NCBI GenBank assembly: GCA_013239625.1
Contig: MU053934.1
Span: forward strand, 5,040,399 to 5,104,398
DNA length: 64,000 nucleotides
Reading direction: 5' to 3'
Source of the DNA: Lama guanicoe
Taxonomy: Eukaryota
Part shown: one piece after another, positions 39,611-56,000 of the stretch
Numbering within the stretch: the stretch's first letter is position 1
How the letters are laid out: the number at the start of each line of letters is the position of its first letter
Made by a program: the position numbers and the translations under genes
The notes under the pieces: model-generated
Told to the model about the DNA's origin: nothing
Database searches by the model: none
The model's input: the letters and a program-made list of their open reading frames with translations, nothing else

Positions 39611-42600
39611 CCTTGATTTGATAGAGGCTGTTTGTCAGGGTGCCTCTCTGTTCTCCCGCTGTCTGCCGGGCTGTGGCAACCAAATCCTTAGCCAAGGATC
39701 TGGCATGGGCAGAGGCAGGAAGGAAAACACAGAGGCTCCCCAGTTCTTAAACCGGGGATCCCCGAGGGTGTTCCCCTCGCATAGTTGTCAGAAGGGCCTC
39801 GCTGGCTGTGCAGGGCCAGCTCAAAGAGCCCGAGGACAGTCAGGAAAGAGTCCTCAGGAACTAAAGCTTGTGCAGGTGGGCGGTGGGGCACCGGGGCTGG
39901 GGGCAGGGATGGGGGGCAGGCTGTGCTTCTGTCTTTAGAGGAGGTTGAGGCTTGGTTCCTCTGAAATCTGATACTTTAGGCCCCTGAAACTCTGAGGATG
40001 GGTGTTTCCCAGGGAGTTCAAAAGTAGAAGATGGGGCCTCAGTAAAGGGATGTCTTCTTCATGACACCCTCTTGGTTTCACGGTAGCATAGCCAGGTTTG
40101 TTGGCCAGTGGTCTCAGGAGGCCAGGCTACGGCCCCATCCCTCCAGGTTCGCCTCCCTCAGAATGCTGCCTCACTGCTTCACCGAGGCTGGTGGCCAGCT
40201 CCGTCCCCCTTCTCAGAGTGTACAAGGCAGAGCCTATGCTGGGGCAGGCTTCCAAGCTTCCAAGCGGGCAGAGGGAAGCAGGGCAGCAGGGCAGAGGACC
40301 AACGAGCAGGGGTGGGTCCCGGCTGACCGCCTGCCTCTGGTCCTGGCACTGTCTTGACCACCCCTGCCCCAGGCTGAGTCACCCTAATGAGCCGTGCTCC
40401 TCCCTCTCCCACCCCAGCGCCAAGACCAGTCAGAAGATGTGCTGCTGCCTCCCCCAGTTTTCCTTTTCCTTTTCTGAAATTCTTGGAGTCTGTGGACTTG
40501 CTAATGATCCCAGGATCTGAGCCCTGAAAAAGTGCCTATGACTCTTCTAGTTAGTGCTCTCCCTGGCCTGAGCATCTGACAATCTGTGAAGGCGTCACAG
40601 CACACCTTGCATGGTGGTCATTTTGTCAGCCCCTAGGTAACGGTGGGGCATGTGGGAGGCTCCAGATAAATGCCCTTACTGTTCTGTTTTTTCACAGTGA
40701 GTCAGCAGACGGTGGGGTGGGGGCGGGACCAGGGCTCTTCACCTTTCTGTGGGTCTGTGAGGACCTGAATGTCCCTGAAGGCTCCCTGTCCCAGGAGGAT
40801 TCCCAGACGGCTTGGAGCTTCCCCACGTTTGCTCATTCACTCAGCATGTTTCACTGAGGACCTCCTATGTGCCAGGTTTCAGAAACAGACAGATGAGTAA
40901 AATGTGGACCCTGAACCTTAAATCCCAATAGGGGAGATGAAAAGAAAATTTACTGCAGTACAGGTGGGGGGAGGGGTGATAGCCATTCCTTGTTGAGCAC
41001 TTAAATACCAGACCATGCTCGCGCTTTTTAAATATATTATTTCATTTAATTTTCACAACAGTCCAGGAACTTTCCATTTTAAGATGCTAAGGTCACACGG
41101 CTGATACCTAGTGGAGATGGGTGGAAATTGGGGTTGAGTCTGATTCCCACTGAGCTCCAGGGTACAGAGGCCTCCTGGGAGTTGACAGCAGAAGCCAGTA
41201 TGGAAGGGAGGGCGGGCAGAGGGTGGGGAGGGGGCAGGAGAGGACGCAGATGTGCAGGGCCAGAGGCCTGGGAGTGCACAGATTCACACTAGTCCCATCA
41301 CCCCAGTGCCCTCCTCACTGCCTTCACCAACTGCATCGCTCCCCGCACCCTCCCTCCACTTGCCTTTCTGGGGAAGCCCTCCCAGGTAGCATCACCTGGC
41401 AGTGGCCACCAGGTTGTCCTTGCAGCTTCTCAGAACCTTCTGGGCAAACTGCCAACTCCAGTTGTCTTGCCATGATGGATCAATCAAGAAATACCTCGAA
41501 GGTACTTCTTGAGTCCTGCCTTACTCTGACCACATATCGTATGGTGTTCCCAGCTCCGGGCCAGTAACCCAAACCAGCAGCTGGTCCTAAAAATCATCTC
41601 TGTATTGTCATTGGGTGGTAGTTTTTTTTTTTTAAGCAGCTGATTTATCTTCCTAATTATGTTTAGCTTTAAGCTAATGTTAAAATGAACTTACATTGGA
41701 TAATTTTCACTAATTAACACCAACTTAGTGCAGGGGGCGTCATCCCAGAAGCATGCCGTGGGGCAGGGAAAAGCTGGCCCAGGATCTTAGACAGAATTGC
41801 TCTGCTTACTCCCTGGCAGATCACATATGGTTCTTCACAGCGGAATTCGTTGACCTTGCTCACATGGGTTCTCCTTCTCGGGAGAGCCAGCCTGAGTCTG
41901 CCTTTGTATCATCCCCTTCACAAGCCTTGTTTGGGGTATGGGTGTCATCAGGGTTAGATGGACAGGGAGTCAGCCCCGGGGTGCACAGCAGGGAGACACG
42001 ACCCGCAAGCTCGGGGACAGAGCTGGCGCAGAGGCTGAGGAGTTTGGAAGAGGAAGTGGCCTGGCTGGTGGAATGGGGCGCCAGTGGCTGCCAGTGCATC
42101 TGATGAGGGAGCCTGGTGTTTAATGATGTCTAATTAGTGAGCCTGGAACAATGTAACATGGCCACAGACAGCTGGGAAGCCTCAGCCACAAAGAGCAGAG
42201 GCCCAGCTGGTGGGCTAGGGCAGCTTGGCTTCCAGGCTGAGAATAAGACCCTGTGGTCTTGGCGCTGGCCCAGACTGCTTCCTCAGCCCCCCAAGGGAAG
42301 CCCCCTACTGCAGAGGAGCTCTGTTTACACGTTGACTGCGTGTCAGGCCCTGTGCAGGAAGGCTCGTCAGGTTCCTGTTCCCGCCACCATGTGCTCAGAC
42401 AGACACAGGCCTGAAGAGACACGCCTCCTGAGAAGGGCACACACTGCCCCGGGGGCTGGGGACCGAGAATGGGCCTGGGACAGCCTGGGGAGAGTGAAAC
42501 CAGGACCTCAACAAGGAAAGGGTGTTCCCACCGCAACAGGGAGAAGGTGATGACAGTGTGAGTTATGGCACCAGGGCAGGAGCCTGCCAGGTGTGTTTGG

Positions 42601-43951
42601 AGAACAGAGTAACCTGTTGCAGTGAGAGTTTATCTTCTGGGAGGGAGTGGGTGGAAGCACACAGAGGGTCTTCAGCTAAGCTGAAGTTGAGGACTGAGTG
42701 AGTGAGCAGAGGAACAGCATGGTTAGGGTCCGGTTATTGGCTCCATTTGCTGACAAGGCACACGACCAGGACTGAGTAAGCTTGTCTCCCCCGAAGCTGA
42801 CACTGGGCGCCAACTGTGTGCCGGGCACGGTCAGGGAAGAAGCGCACTCCTGAGCCGTTGGAGGCGGGCCCCGCATTGGGTGCTCTCCAGGCATCACTGC
42901 GTCTCTCTGCATCCTCACAAGAACCATGAGGTGGCCTCACCATATATGTAGAGTTCCTGGGGGTCAAGGAACACCCACAGTGTCACTGCCTCTTGGGATT
43001 TCTGACGCCAAGTCTGCTTCCTTCCTATGGTATACTCTCGGACTGTGAGGATTTGGCAAAATGAATCTGGAGCCCAGAGGTAGTTGGGGACAGGCCCAGG
43101 CCTTGTTCGTGGGTGTTCCCCAGGGGGCCCTGAAGACCTCCGCTCCTTGGCTCTCCTCTCTTTCTACCCTAGGGGGCATAAATGGAAAGCTTAAGTCAGA
43201 CTTTCTTGTTCAGTTGTTCACATCCCACCGGTGCAGACACTGGATGGGGCCTGTTGCAGCCTTGATGACAAAAGAAAGTCTGTGGTGTATCTGGAGCACA
43301 GGGCACGCCCGTCCTCCAGCAGCAGCTTTCTGTGCTTGGTGGTGGCTGTGCTAGTTGGGTCCCGAGCCCACCCGGAGGTGCTCTCTCCTCGGGAGCAGTT
43401 ATCTTAGTGGTGCATTCCCGCCAGCATCGCTCAAGGGACGGTGCATTGTACAGACTTCCTTACTGTTCCCTTAATTGAGCTGCCTTTCCCCTCAATTAGG
43501 TCAGGTTTTGAACTTGGAAGTGTAGTGTTGCCTGGGCTTTAATCATCACCCAGGGCCATGCCTGCTGGGCATGGCATCAAGCAAAGGAAAACATATCCAC
43601 CTTGACATCTGTCTGCAGCCATGGGCAGCTCTGCGCTACTGGCTCCCAGGGGGCATGGTGCCCCTGCGCTGGCCTGGCTGGCTCATCCCTCTCGCCTCTG
43701 CCTCTGAGTGAGGCCCCTGTGTTCTGGCTTCTGTCTCTGAGAAGAGAAGAGGGCGCTGGCCACAGCTCACAGCAAGCCCGCACCATGTTCCTGCATGGCC
43801 TGCACTATCTCATTTACAACCCAGGACAACCCTATGAGGAGAGAGCCTGCCCATTTTCAAATGAGGAAACTGAGGCTTAGGTTCAGTGACTCACTCAAGG
43901 CCACACAACCAGTGACATTTTCTGCTTCCAGACAGCGTATTCTCTTCTAAA

Positions 43952-44165
43952 CGCTGGCCATTACCCAAAGTGTGATCCATCCACCACCAGCGTTCAGATC
44001 ATCTGAGGGGTAGGGTGTTGTTCATATGCGTTTTCACAGACCTGCTGAATCAGCATCTTGGAGGCTGGGGCCCTGGAATCTGCACATTCAAGAAGCAAAG
44101 CCCACCCCAGACCGCTCCAGCCTAGCCCACGTGGTTCTCTATATGCTCAAGTTGGGCAAACACTG
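43952..44165 (+). mobile_element. MER5A-like hAT element
   Basis: cagacctgctgaatcagcatct...ggggccctggaatctgcac; ends cactg. Confidence 0.6.
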
Positions 44166-45914
44166 CCCTGTAGGCTTTGCTCGCTCTCTCTGGGGAGATC
44201 AGAGAAGGTGATACCACCGTCGGGGATGTCTATGCCGGACGCTGGCTGGCCCACCCAGCACTGCCCTCCTTGAGAAAAGAATGGACTTCTCTCTCATCCC
44301 CTGGGCTGCCAGACAGATGGCCCTTCTGGGAGGCAGCCACTGACCAATCTGCCCCGCTGCTGCCCTCCCTACCCCTCCCACCCCGAGGGCCCTCAGGGCT
44401 GTAGGCATGGGCGATTGGCCCCGTTCACCTTGCAGCCAGAGAGTTTAATGGCCCATCATAACCACACAGCTTTCTCATGGGATTTCATGGGCCTGATCTC
44501 ATCTGAACCTCCCAACAGCCCTGGGAGGCAGGCAGAGCAGGCGGCGGAGGTGAAAGTCGGGCCCCGGGCTCACATGGGCATCAGTGGGAAAGTGGGGACT
44601 GGAACTGCCCTTGTGCCCCGGTGGGCTCCCTTCCCTCCATCCCCAGGGAAAAGTGACCGTCACCAGCACACCCCTGCAAGGAGCATGCTTGGCCTGTGGC
44701 CTCTTGTTTCCCACCACAGAGCTGAGCGAGCTGGGGGCTACAGCAGCCACGCCCACCCCAGTGCCGAGGCTCCAGTCCACAGAGCTGGGGACGCCAGGGA
44801 GGGAGAGGGTGGTACTGTCCAGCTCTACTAACGCATCCTGGCTTTGTGTGACCGGAGATGCCCTGGGTCCTAGCCAGAGCAGGTATCCCTAGAGGCTGCC
44901 ATTACCACACCTTCTGGGGGTGACAGCTGTAGACTGGCGGCAGAAGCCCAGGCTTTACTCCCCCCTATGCTCAGACCCACCTGGGTAACTTCACCTCAGG
45001 GCTGGGCTCTAGCTGTTACATTTCCTCTCAGCCCTCAGGTTCTGCACATCTGGAATGTCCTTCAGGGCAGGGGCGGAGTACAGAGAGGCAGCCTGTACCC
45101 TGCCCATGGGCCGGCCGAGGGCCTTTGTGGGGCTGACCTGCAGCCCATGCTCCGCTTACTGGCTTGCGTCCCATCACAGCGAAGACGGGCACCCTTCTGT
45201 CATCTGCACAGTGCTGGCCGAACCTGCTAGTGGCAGCCCTGCCTCCTGGCCTGGTGTCCTTGGTGGAGACTTCTACCCCTTGGTTAAATACTGTCCTCAC
45301 TTGTGTTGGCTGCTCCTTCAAAACCCTGGGTGGGTGGAGCGGAGGCAGGCCAGATTTTGGCTCCGGCACTCAGGCAACAGTCCTGAAAGGTGCCACTTCT
45401 TTTCCCTTCTCCATGCCCTTGAGGAAGAACTTCAGCTCTGCCTTCCAGCAAGATGATCTAACCCAGAATCTTGCTCAGCAATTTTTTACCCTTCTCTACC
45501 ACAGTGTCTTGTCACTAATGAAATAAAAGAGATAACTACACAGCTACGTCTGCACCCCACATATAAGACAGTAGACACGAAATAACCTCCCTTGAGTCAT
45601 TCACTCCACAAACATGGAGAAGTGACTTCTTTCGAGTGGAGATGTCCCCTGAAGGTGGAGATTCTGAGAGAAATCAGGTGGCCTGTGCCATCCAGGAGCC
45701 CCCAGCCTAGTAAGGGACAGCCATCCAGCAGATGTTACGATAAAATGTCAAGAAGCTCTGCTATTTGCCCGGAACACAATGTGGGCAGGAAGCAGGGAGT
45801 GGTGAACATTATTGGGTGGGGAGAAGTTCAGGAAATTCTTGGCTGAGTCTTGAAAGATGCACTGATATTTCCCCGGGGATGGAAGGGGTTGGAACAGAAG
45901 AAACTGCCTAAGTG

Positions 45915-46121
45915 TAGTGGTTCTCAAAGGGGTTGGGTGGGGGTGCAATACAGTTTTGCCCCCAGGAGACATTTATCAATGTCTACAGACATTTTTGATC
46001 ATCACCACTTGGGGTGATGCTACAGGCGTGCTGCTGAACATCCTGCAGTGTACAGGACAGCCCCCTGCAACAAGAAAGACTGTCCCCAGTAGGTCAGTGG
46101 TGCCAGAATAGAGAAACCCTG
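45915..46121 (+). mobile_element. MER20 (hAT-Charlie)
   Basis: tagtggttctcaa...ttttgcccccaggagacattt...gagaaaccctg. Confidence 0.8.
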
Positions 46122-47949
46122 TATTAGTGAAACTGCAGGTCACCCTGTGTGGCTGAAAACAAGGGTCAGATGTGAGGTGGCCCAAGATGAAGCTAGAGAT
46201 GAGGAAAGGATCCAGTATAAGGCCCTTCAATGCCAAGTTTAAGAGTCTGGCTGTGGCACCCACTGGATCACCAGTCTGTTGTTTTGGGGGTAAATCACAG
46301 ATAAAGAATTGGAGCACAGAGATGGAGGAGAGAGACACTAGTTAGGAAGCTATTCCAGAGGTTCAGTAAGAAATGAGGGGGGCCTGAGTGAGGGCAGCAG
46401 TGCAGTGGGAACAGAAAGGAGTTGACCCAGAGAAGGTGCATGGAGGAGGTAAAACCTGCTGGACTCGTGGTTGATGGGATGTGCTCAGCGGGGAGGAGGA
46501 GGCCAGTAGACTCTGGCTTCTGGCCAGAGTCACCCAGAGGATGTTGGTTTTGGAAGTGCCTGCGGGGCAGGCTGGTGAGCATGGCTGTGGGACATGGGGA
46601 CCCAGCAGTGCAGTGGCCGCCTAGTCAGGGCCATCCAGACACACAAGTGCCAGCCTCCGGCTGTCGTGAGCAGAGCCACCACAGAGTGCCTGGGGAAGGT
46701 AGAGTCCTTTTCGTTATATTTTGTTAACCTAATGGTAACGAAGGAGTCCAGGAAGAGAATCTGAAAATCTGGCAGTTTAATTAAAGGTAAATGGCAGATG
46801 GAGGGGAATTCTGAGGCTCCCTAACCCATCATGCTCCCCCGCCCCACCACTGAGGCTGGATATCAAAGGAGGAGACACCAAGCTAACCAGAAACCTGATG
46901 AGAAGTATTACAGCATCAGAACCACTTTGCCAGCGCCTGCGACAGCTTCTAAAAACTCCTGCCACCTTGAATTAACCTCTCTCCCCAGGTGTGCACTTCA
47001 GTGGGTGACCAGGTAAAGGACTCTGGGAGCCTGCCAGGAGGAGCGGGTGCTTTTCTCCTGACGAAATCCGGCTCCCTGGGCTCTGTGCCTGTGACGTCCC
47101 TCTTTGAAAACCCGATTTTCCATTTATGCCTTGAAGTTAGGTTTGGCTTGGAGGATCATGTGTCACATTAAACACTGGAGCAGAGGGAGTGGGGCTGATT
47201 TTCCTGGGCCGGATGCCGTGGATCCGAATGTCAAGCAGGGCCTCAGAGACCAAAGCGGAGGGTAATTATCACCTCTCCTCCACAAGATTGCAGGAGTCAG
47301 CGAGCAATTGATTTTTTTCCTACTACAGATATTTCACCGCTTAATTGGTAGTGACACAGATGGCTGGCTCTCACCAGGGTGCCGCAGACCAAACCTCCCA
47401 AAAGCAGGGCCCGCGGGGACATCTCTCCCTCTAGTCTGATCTCTCAGAGCACATCCTCCGTCACGTGGGGGTGAAGGCAGGCTGACTCCTTGCTCATCTT
47501 TTCAATTACAAAACAAAAGCGAGAGTGTATCCAGAAACACTTTCCTGAGCCAGTTCAAGCCCTCCCCAGCGATGGATTGTGAGTCAGCTTTGAGCTGGAC
47601 ACTGCAGAGAGTCTGGGAATGAGTAAACAGTGACTCTGGCCTCAAGCAGCACTTAGAGATAAGATATCAGGAGCCCTACAAGTTGGCGGAAGCTGTATTC
47701 TGCTGGAATGAAGCCTGCAGTGTCTTGTTAAAACCCTCCATGATCCAGCCCCACCCCATGGTACTTACCTGACACCTACCCTGACCTGTTCAGGCCAGCT
47801 GTTGTCTGTTGTTTGTTTTGGACCTCAAGTGCCGAGCTGACTGTGAGCCTCATGTCGTGGTCCACTGTCATCGGTCCAGGGAAGGCCCCTCTTACTTTAC
47901 TCTCTCCTTCCCTCCCATTCCTTTCTCCTTCCTTTCTCCTTCCTTAATA

Positions 47950-49590
47950 CATGTATTCAGTGTATGTCCTTGAACATGTCTGTATCCTTGAAAAGCATGC
48001 AGAGTTATTGTACTTAGTGTGTTTTTATTTACATAAATAGTATTGGGCTGTAGACCTCATTCTCTAACATTTTAAGTCGAACTATCCATTTTGAAAAGAA
48101 CTCTCCAAGTTCCGCCCATGGAACTAGTTCATTGCTTCTGTCTACTGCAAAGTCCTCTGTCATGTACACCCCTCGCATTTTTCTCACTCATTCTTCTAGA
48201 GGTGGACATCTAAGTTGTTGCCAACTCCTTGTTATCCCAAGGAAAGCTACAGTGATTGTCTTTGTTCCTGCCCCTTGTAGACCTGTGCAAAGATCCAAAG
48301 GTTCCCTGGTTGTAGGTGTACAGAACCTGAAATCCATGAAGCCCTATCCTTTGCTCTGAGAAGTAGCTGCACCAGCGTTGCCTCCCACCGGCAGTGAATG
48401 AGGGTTCCCCTTTCCTCACATGCAGCATTTAGGATTGTCCAACTTTCTAGTTTTTAGTTAATGTTATAGTTATAAAGTGGTATCTCTCTTTTATCTCTTT
48501 GCTCTAATTTGAATTTTTCTGACTACTAATGAGGCCTGCTTCTCTTTATATACTTATTAGCCCTTCAGGTGTCTCCACTAGAAATTGCCTATCCATATCC
48601 TTTGTCCATTTTTCTAATTAGTTTCCTATTTTCTTGCTGATTTGCAGGGATCCATTGTATATTATTAATTTCTTTTGGTTGTAGACATTGCAAATATTGT
48701 CTCCCTATCACCTGTCAGTTACCTTTGTCTATTGACATCTTTCTTTAAACGGGAAATCCCTAATTTGTCAAACGCATCTTTTAAAGTTTTATTTACCTTA
48801 TGATTCATGCTTTTGGAATCTTAAGAAATCCTTTCTTACTTATGTTATGAAGATATTTTCTTACATTTCATGAATTCCTTCATTGTGTCTTCTACATTTA
48901 GGCATATAGCCTACCTGAAATTCACCTTTATATATGGTGTGAGGTAGGGATCCATTTTATTTTTCTCTGTTTAGTATGCCAATTTTCCTAACAGCATCTA
49001 CCAAACAGTATCCTTTCTCTACTAAGTTGTAATTCTATCTCTATTAGACTTAAGTTTTATGAGTGTGTGTAGGCGCCTGTATATTTCTTGTCTCTCCTTT
49101 CTGTTGCATGGTCTATTTGTCAGTTCCTACCTCACGGTTCTTATTAATTTGGCTCTGCAGTATGTCTTACTGTCTAGTAGTTAAGTGTCCCCTTTTAGCT
49201 TTTCTTTTTCAAAACTGACTTAGCTATTCTGGATCTTCGTTCTTCCTCACATCTTAGAAATATTTGAGCTCCTCAAAAACTTCTACTGAACTTTCATTGG
49301 AATTGCATTGGATTTTATTAATATGAGGAGAATTGGATTTTTAAAACATGAAATCATTTAATCCATGAACATGATTTATCTCTTCATTTATTCACATATT
49401 TTAACTGTCCTTTAATAGAATTTTCTAAATTTCTTCATAAAGGTATTAGTTCCTAAATATTACATGTTTAAGTTGTAATTTTGAATGGATTTTATTTTTT
49501 TTCTTAATTGATTACTGTTGTAGTAAAAGAATGCTATTCGTTTTTGTAAATTTTGCTTGTATTTGGCAATCTTGCCAAATTCTATTAATC
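47950..49590 (-). mobile_element. Old L1 (L1ME-like) fragment, antisense, in FAM83F intron 1
   Basis: T-rich 1.6 kb block with decayed L1 motifs (atatggtgtgaggtagggatcc, tccatgaacatg...tcttcatttattca); boundaries approximate. Confidence 0.8.
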
Positions 49591-50241
49591 ACACCATTTC
49601 CTCTGCATCATGGGCACAGTGCTTGGGCCCAACAAGAAAATCTTGCCACTGGAGCAGGAGGTTTGTGTAGGAAAACAGAGGAAGCTAAGGTCAAAAAAGC
49701 AGCTCTGTGTCAGGCTGTAGAAGACCTTGCCTTCTAGGATGGATAATCAGGACTGGCTTTTGGAAATTAAGGGTCCTGGGACTTTGATTTGAGAATAGAG
49801 TGGGATGGCCTGGACACCTGGAGGCCGGGGGAGCCTGAGCTGCCTGGAACTCTGCCCCGATCTGTGCTCCCGGAAGCACGGGGCTTTGCACAGCTGCAGG
49901 GAGATCAAAGTACAGAAAAAGTGGTATCTGAGCAGATCTGCAGCTTGTGGAAATCAGTCTGTTCCATGCATCTCAGGGATTGTGTCTTCTTGATGCAAAG
50001 GCAGCAGGAACAACCTTCCTCAGCCTCCTAGATCTCCCCTGATACAGCTTCTGGTGAGCTGCTGGAAAATCCCCAGGGTGGGTGATGGGGCTTTGTCAAG
50101 GATGAAGTGCAAGCAGCATGGCCTGCGTCCTCTGCACCACCTTCATTCACCAGAGCAGAGAGCCCATCTCCTGGGCTCAGATGTGCTCAGAGGTGGGTGG
50201 GGATATGCAAAACCCAGGAGTGGTGCAGACGGCATTTTTGA

Positions 50242-50607
<366 letters not shown>

Positions 50608-50974
50608 TGAACGGCACTCTCAACCCCTTTCCTTCTGTCTAAAATCTCGCCTCGTGAGCTGATAACCCCCAATTACATGCCCAGCTTACCTTTTATCCCA
50701 AGGCTGCCAAGGCTAAGGAGGCAGGTCTAGCCCAGCTCTGAATGCTCACCCTGCGGAGTCACTGTCAGGGTTAAAGGTAGGCTGTGTTTCTCTTCTGAGG
50801 AGCTTTGGGAGCAGACAGGGGCCACCCTGGGCCTGTCTCTGCCCAAAGAAAGATCTGCTGACTCCTCAGGCCGTAGGAAGCAGAGTCAAGTACAAACAGG
50901 AGCCAGTAGGCAGGGTCCTCTGGACAAGAGGGCTCCTCCTCTGCCCAAGCAGAGGCTCGGCTCAGAGCTGCTAG

Positions 50975-51139
<165 letters not shown>

Positions 51140-52013
51140 TGAGTTGAGACAGGTCAGAGAAGGACCCGGGAGGCCTTTGTGCATGGTCATCAGTAAATGA
51201 ATCATGCTCAGAAAACTGCTGGACTAGAGCCTCCAGTCATGAGTTTAAGTTCTAACAGCAAAGAGGAGCCTCCTGGCCGATCCCTTCCCTCAAACTCTCT
51301 GGCTAATGGATTATTCGAGAAAGAGGGTCAACTCTTGCTGGGCATTAAGCACCGCCTGCCTTTCAGGGTCTGCAGCAACGGGTTGCATTTTGAGGCTGGT
51401 TGCTAGGTGGGGCAAGCAGGAAGCAGAATGGACCAGATCTGGGAAAGAGTGTGAGGGTGTGGCATGGAGGGAACGTCTCCTGAATTCTGATTCAGACGTA
51501 AATTACCAGGAACATGAGAGATGATATCTGTGCAGTCTCTGCCCTGTAAGTAACTTAAAATCTGGGTGAGGAAAGGAGACCCGGGCACATGAAACAAGCA
51601 GTAAATGGCGTAAGTCCTCCTCCATGATTAAAGTATAGGATTTTGCAGATACTGAGTTTTCTAAAATTTCAGACAAGAACCAATAAGGGATAGAAGGCTA
51701 TTAACAATCGTTGCAGCTGCAGAAGCTACTTATTAAATGTATGTTGTGCCAGGTACTGAGCAAAACGTCTTACTCACATTATTTGACTTGAGCCTCACAG
51801 CATCTCTGTGACTGCACACCTTACGAGCCTCATTTTACAAGGCACACAGGGCAGAAACCAGGTTTGCTTCCAGGTCTGACTTCTCTTGCCCTTGCTCTGC
51901 ACTCACTGCCTGCTTTCTGCATTCGAGGCCAGGACCTGGCCAAAAAGGTGGATTCAGATATGTGGGAGGATTGCACCCCAGCATGCAGGCAGCAAGGCAT
52001 CTGGCCCCAGTGA

Positions 52014-53015
<1,002 letters not shown>

Positions 53016-56000
53016 TAAAAGCGGAGAGTGATGCCTGCGTTGCCCACTGTTCTGAGGATGTGTGCTGGGCACGGAGTAGCCTGAGAGCATTGTTGCCACT
53101 ACTGGAAGCTGGGAAAGTTTCTCCCCCGTGAATGAAGAAGCAGGGGCCCAGCACAGCTGAGAGGCAGGAACAAGGCTCCGCCCCGGCCTGAATCTAGGGC
53201 TTGTTCTAGCAAACCTTGTTCCTGGCCGGATCACTGGTCATCGGGATCTGGCCTGGTCAGACACACCCCACCAACGCCCTGACCCACTTTCCTAGCTTCT
53301 GTCGTAAAGAGCTTGAGGTGGCTCCTCCCTGTGTTTATTTGATACAGGGCTATATCAAATGGTGGTGTTTGCCATGCTGCTTACTCCTGCGAGAGTGTTC
53401 CTGGTGGCGGTACCTTTCTGGCTGTCTCTCTGGGATCCCTAGAAGTCCTGGCCTTTACCTCTTTCTCTGGAAAAGTCTCCAGAGTGGCCTTTCCTGGCTG
53501 GTGTTGACAGCCAGGGCCATTGCTCATGCCTTTCTCATGTCAGCACCTCTGAGTTGAAGGGGTTTCCGTGTTGGGATTTCTCCCTTCATTGTGGTGACGC
53601 TTTGCAGCTTTGAGATTGAGCCCCTTGGCTGGCCTGGTAGGTGACGGCAGGGCCTTGCCTTGGGCAGCCTGAATGCTTCTAGAATTCCTGTGTCCCCCAA
53701 GCCCCATCTTTGACCTGGCAGTGGCTGGAGTGCAAGTTTCACAGCTGTCTTACCCTCCACTGATTGCCTAGCCCTACTACAGAGCCCAACATATGCTGTC
53801 TGTGCCTCTTAAAGTTAGGACAGGCCTGGAGTCTCTGAGAATTTGGGCACAGCGGGAGTGCCAGTGCTATAGCTGCATTTGGCCAGGAAGCATTTACTGA
53901 TGCCGCCATGTGCCAGGTCCTTCACTAGGTGCTCTGTCTCACCTGGCCCCCACAGCAATCACGGAGGTGGCAGATGGAAGCTCAGAGAGGTGAATTAAAT
54001 GGTTCCAGGACCCAGTAAGTGGTAGTGGGGCCAGGATGCAAATCCAGGCCAGTGCCCATGTCCTGTCAGGAGGGGTACTGACCCCCATCCCATCCCCCCT
54101 GGGCTCCCGGGCTCCCCTAACACCAAATGCTGCCGCTGCCCAGCACCTCTTGTTTGGAGGAAGGGTTACCATGGTGAACACCTGGCAGGGAAGGGAGGGG
54201 GAGTGGCAAGCCCAGCCACAGAAGGGGCCATTTCCCAGGTCCTGACTGGAGGTGAAGTGGGAGCTTTCTCTTTCTCAGCCCCTCACCCGGAGGTGCTGTT
54301 TCCATAGAAACAAAAGGCTGTTGTCTTATCCCTTCCTGCTTCCTTGGGCGAGTCTCGGCATCAGGTTCCCCTGCTGGATGATGTGATCGGTCACTGCTGC
54401 TGCTGCTTCTCTCTGAGTGTTTGCACAGGGTGCCCAGGAGCCAGGCAAGCAGTCAGGGACAGTGCCCTGTGTGAGCTCCTCTCCTGAGTGCCTGGCATCC
54501 AGACAGACAGAGGCAGAGGCAGAGGGAGAAGGGCAAGCTCAAGGGTGCACAGGCACGCACGAGGGATGCTCGGCAAGACCACCCCGTTCCTTCTCCGTCC
54601 TTTAGAAGGAACACAGAGAAGCCTCATCCAGCACAACCTCTGTGCTCCTGGATGGGCGGCCAGTACCTGAGGGCCTGGAATTCAAGTCCCTAATGAGACC
54701 TTTCCTCTCCCTGCTGCTTTCTTTCCTCAAAGGCAGGGCAAGAAGCAGGGACTCCTCTCCCCAAAGGCCCTTTCTATGGCCTCCAGCCTCCCGAACGTTT
54801 GACTGCAGTTTAGTGCCTCCTCTCAGGCAGCAGAAGCTAATTAGCAGGATTCTATGTGCTAGAAGGTCGGGTTCCTGACAGCACGGGGTCCCCAAGGCTG
54901 GAACTAGTAGTCCTAGTGCACCTGGAACCTAGTACACAGATTTGGGAGGAAATCACTTTGGCTGCTATCTTAAGGCCCCCTTCCAGGGAAGGGATCCCTT
55001 TCCTACAGTGAACATTCAGAGCATCATCAGAACAGCCATCGGGTGGATCTCAGCTTCCAAAGCCTGGACACATCCTTTCACCTCCCTGGGGCTGCTTCCT
55101 GGCTGAGAAGAGGAGGGGTTGAGCCTGGGAGGGTTCCAAAGCCCCTCTGAGCTCTGATTCTGACTCTGTCCTTTCTGTCTGCTGCCCTCTTGTCAAGGGA
55201 GACCCCGGGCCAGTGGCAGGGTGGGTGAAAGAAAAATAGAAAAGCCAAGAGCTGACAGCCTGTAAAGTTGCTTGATAAGAAGTATATAGTTGTCAAACAT
55301 TGCAAATTTTTGCGTACCCAGCTGTGGCCCTTGGGAGAACCTGCAGAATTGCTTCCTCTAGATGTGGCAACCCAATGAGGGCGGCCCAGTGGATTGAAGG
55401 CTCATAGCCCCCTCTACTGGCGGAAGCCAAGCTTTTCCTCTCGGCTGAGACCTCACTCCTGTGCGCAGCATGCTGCCCAGCACCTTTCCTGAACCGGCCA
55501 CCTGTGCCCATCCAGGAGCTGGGGACTCTGGGCAGAGACCCCAACCTCAGGGAACAGCAGTCGCCAGAGAGCCTTGTCGAAAGACAGTGAGGACCCTGTC
55601 CTGCTGAGCGGGGCTCAGGAATCTGCATTTTAAATAAGTGCCCTGAATATTTTCCCAGGTAGGGGTCCCCAGAGCCACAGATTTGGTGACACTCGGACAA
55701 GGTTCTGTAGGGGGCTGCCAGGCTTGGAGAGGCGGTTCCAGGTGATGTCCTGAAGCCCCTCCCAATCCCCCTAGGGAGATCCCTGGGACGTGGCCAACAC
55801 TCTCGGGCACAGTTAAGAGGAGGAAGAAAGGCAGACTTTTACTGAGCACCTGGCATGTGCGGGGTGGACACGGTGCTAAATGCTTTCATACACTGTTTGC
55901 ATATTCTTTTCTATTAACCTGAGTGGGTCTGCTTGGCTTCAGTGTCTGCTGGGCGCACATGGGCTGCTGGTCAGTGTCCCTGGAGGAAGGATGGAGCATG

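Noticed and set aside
39087..39938. Long ORFs of 147-283 aa
   Set aside because: Artefacts of translating through the N gap
43553..43577. p53/p63-like paired CATG half-sites in FAM83F intron 1
   Set aside because: Several mismatches to RRRCWWGYYY and a spacer; expected by chance
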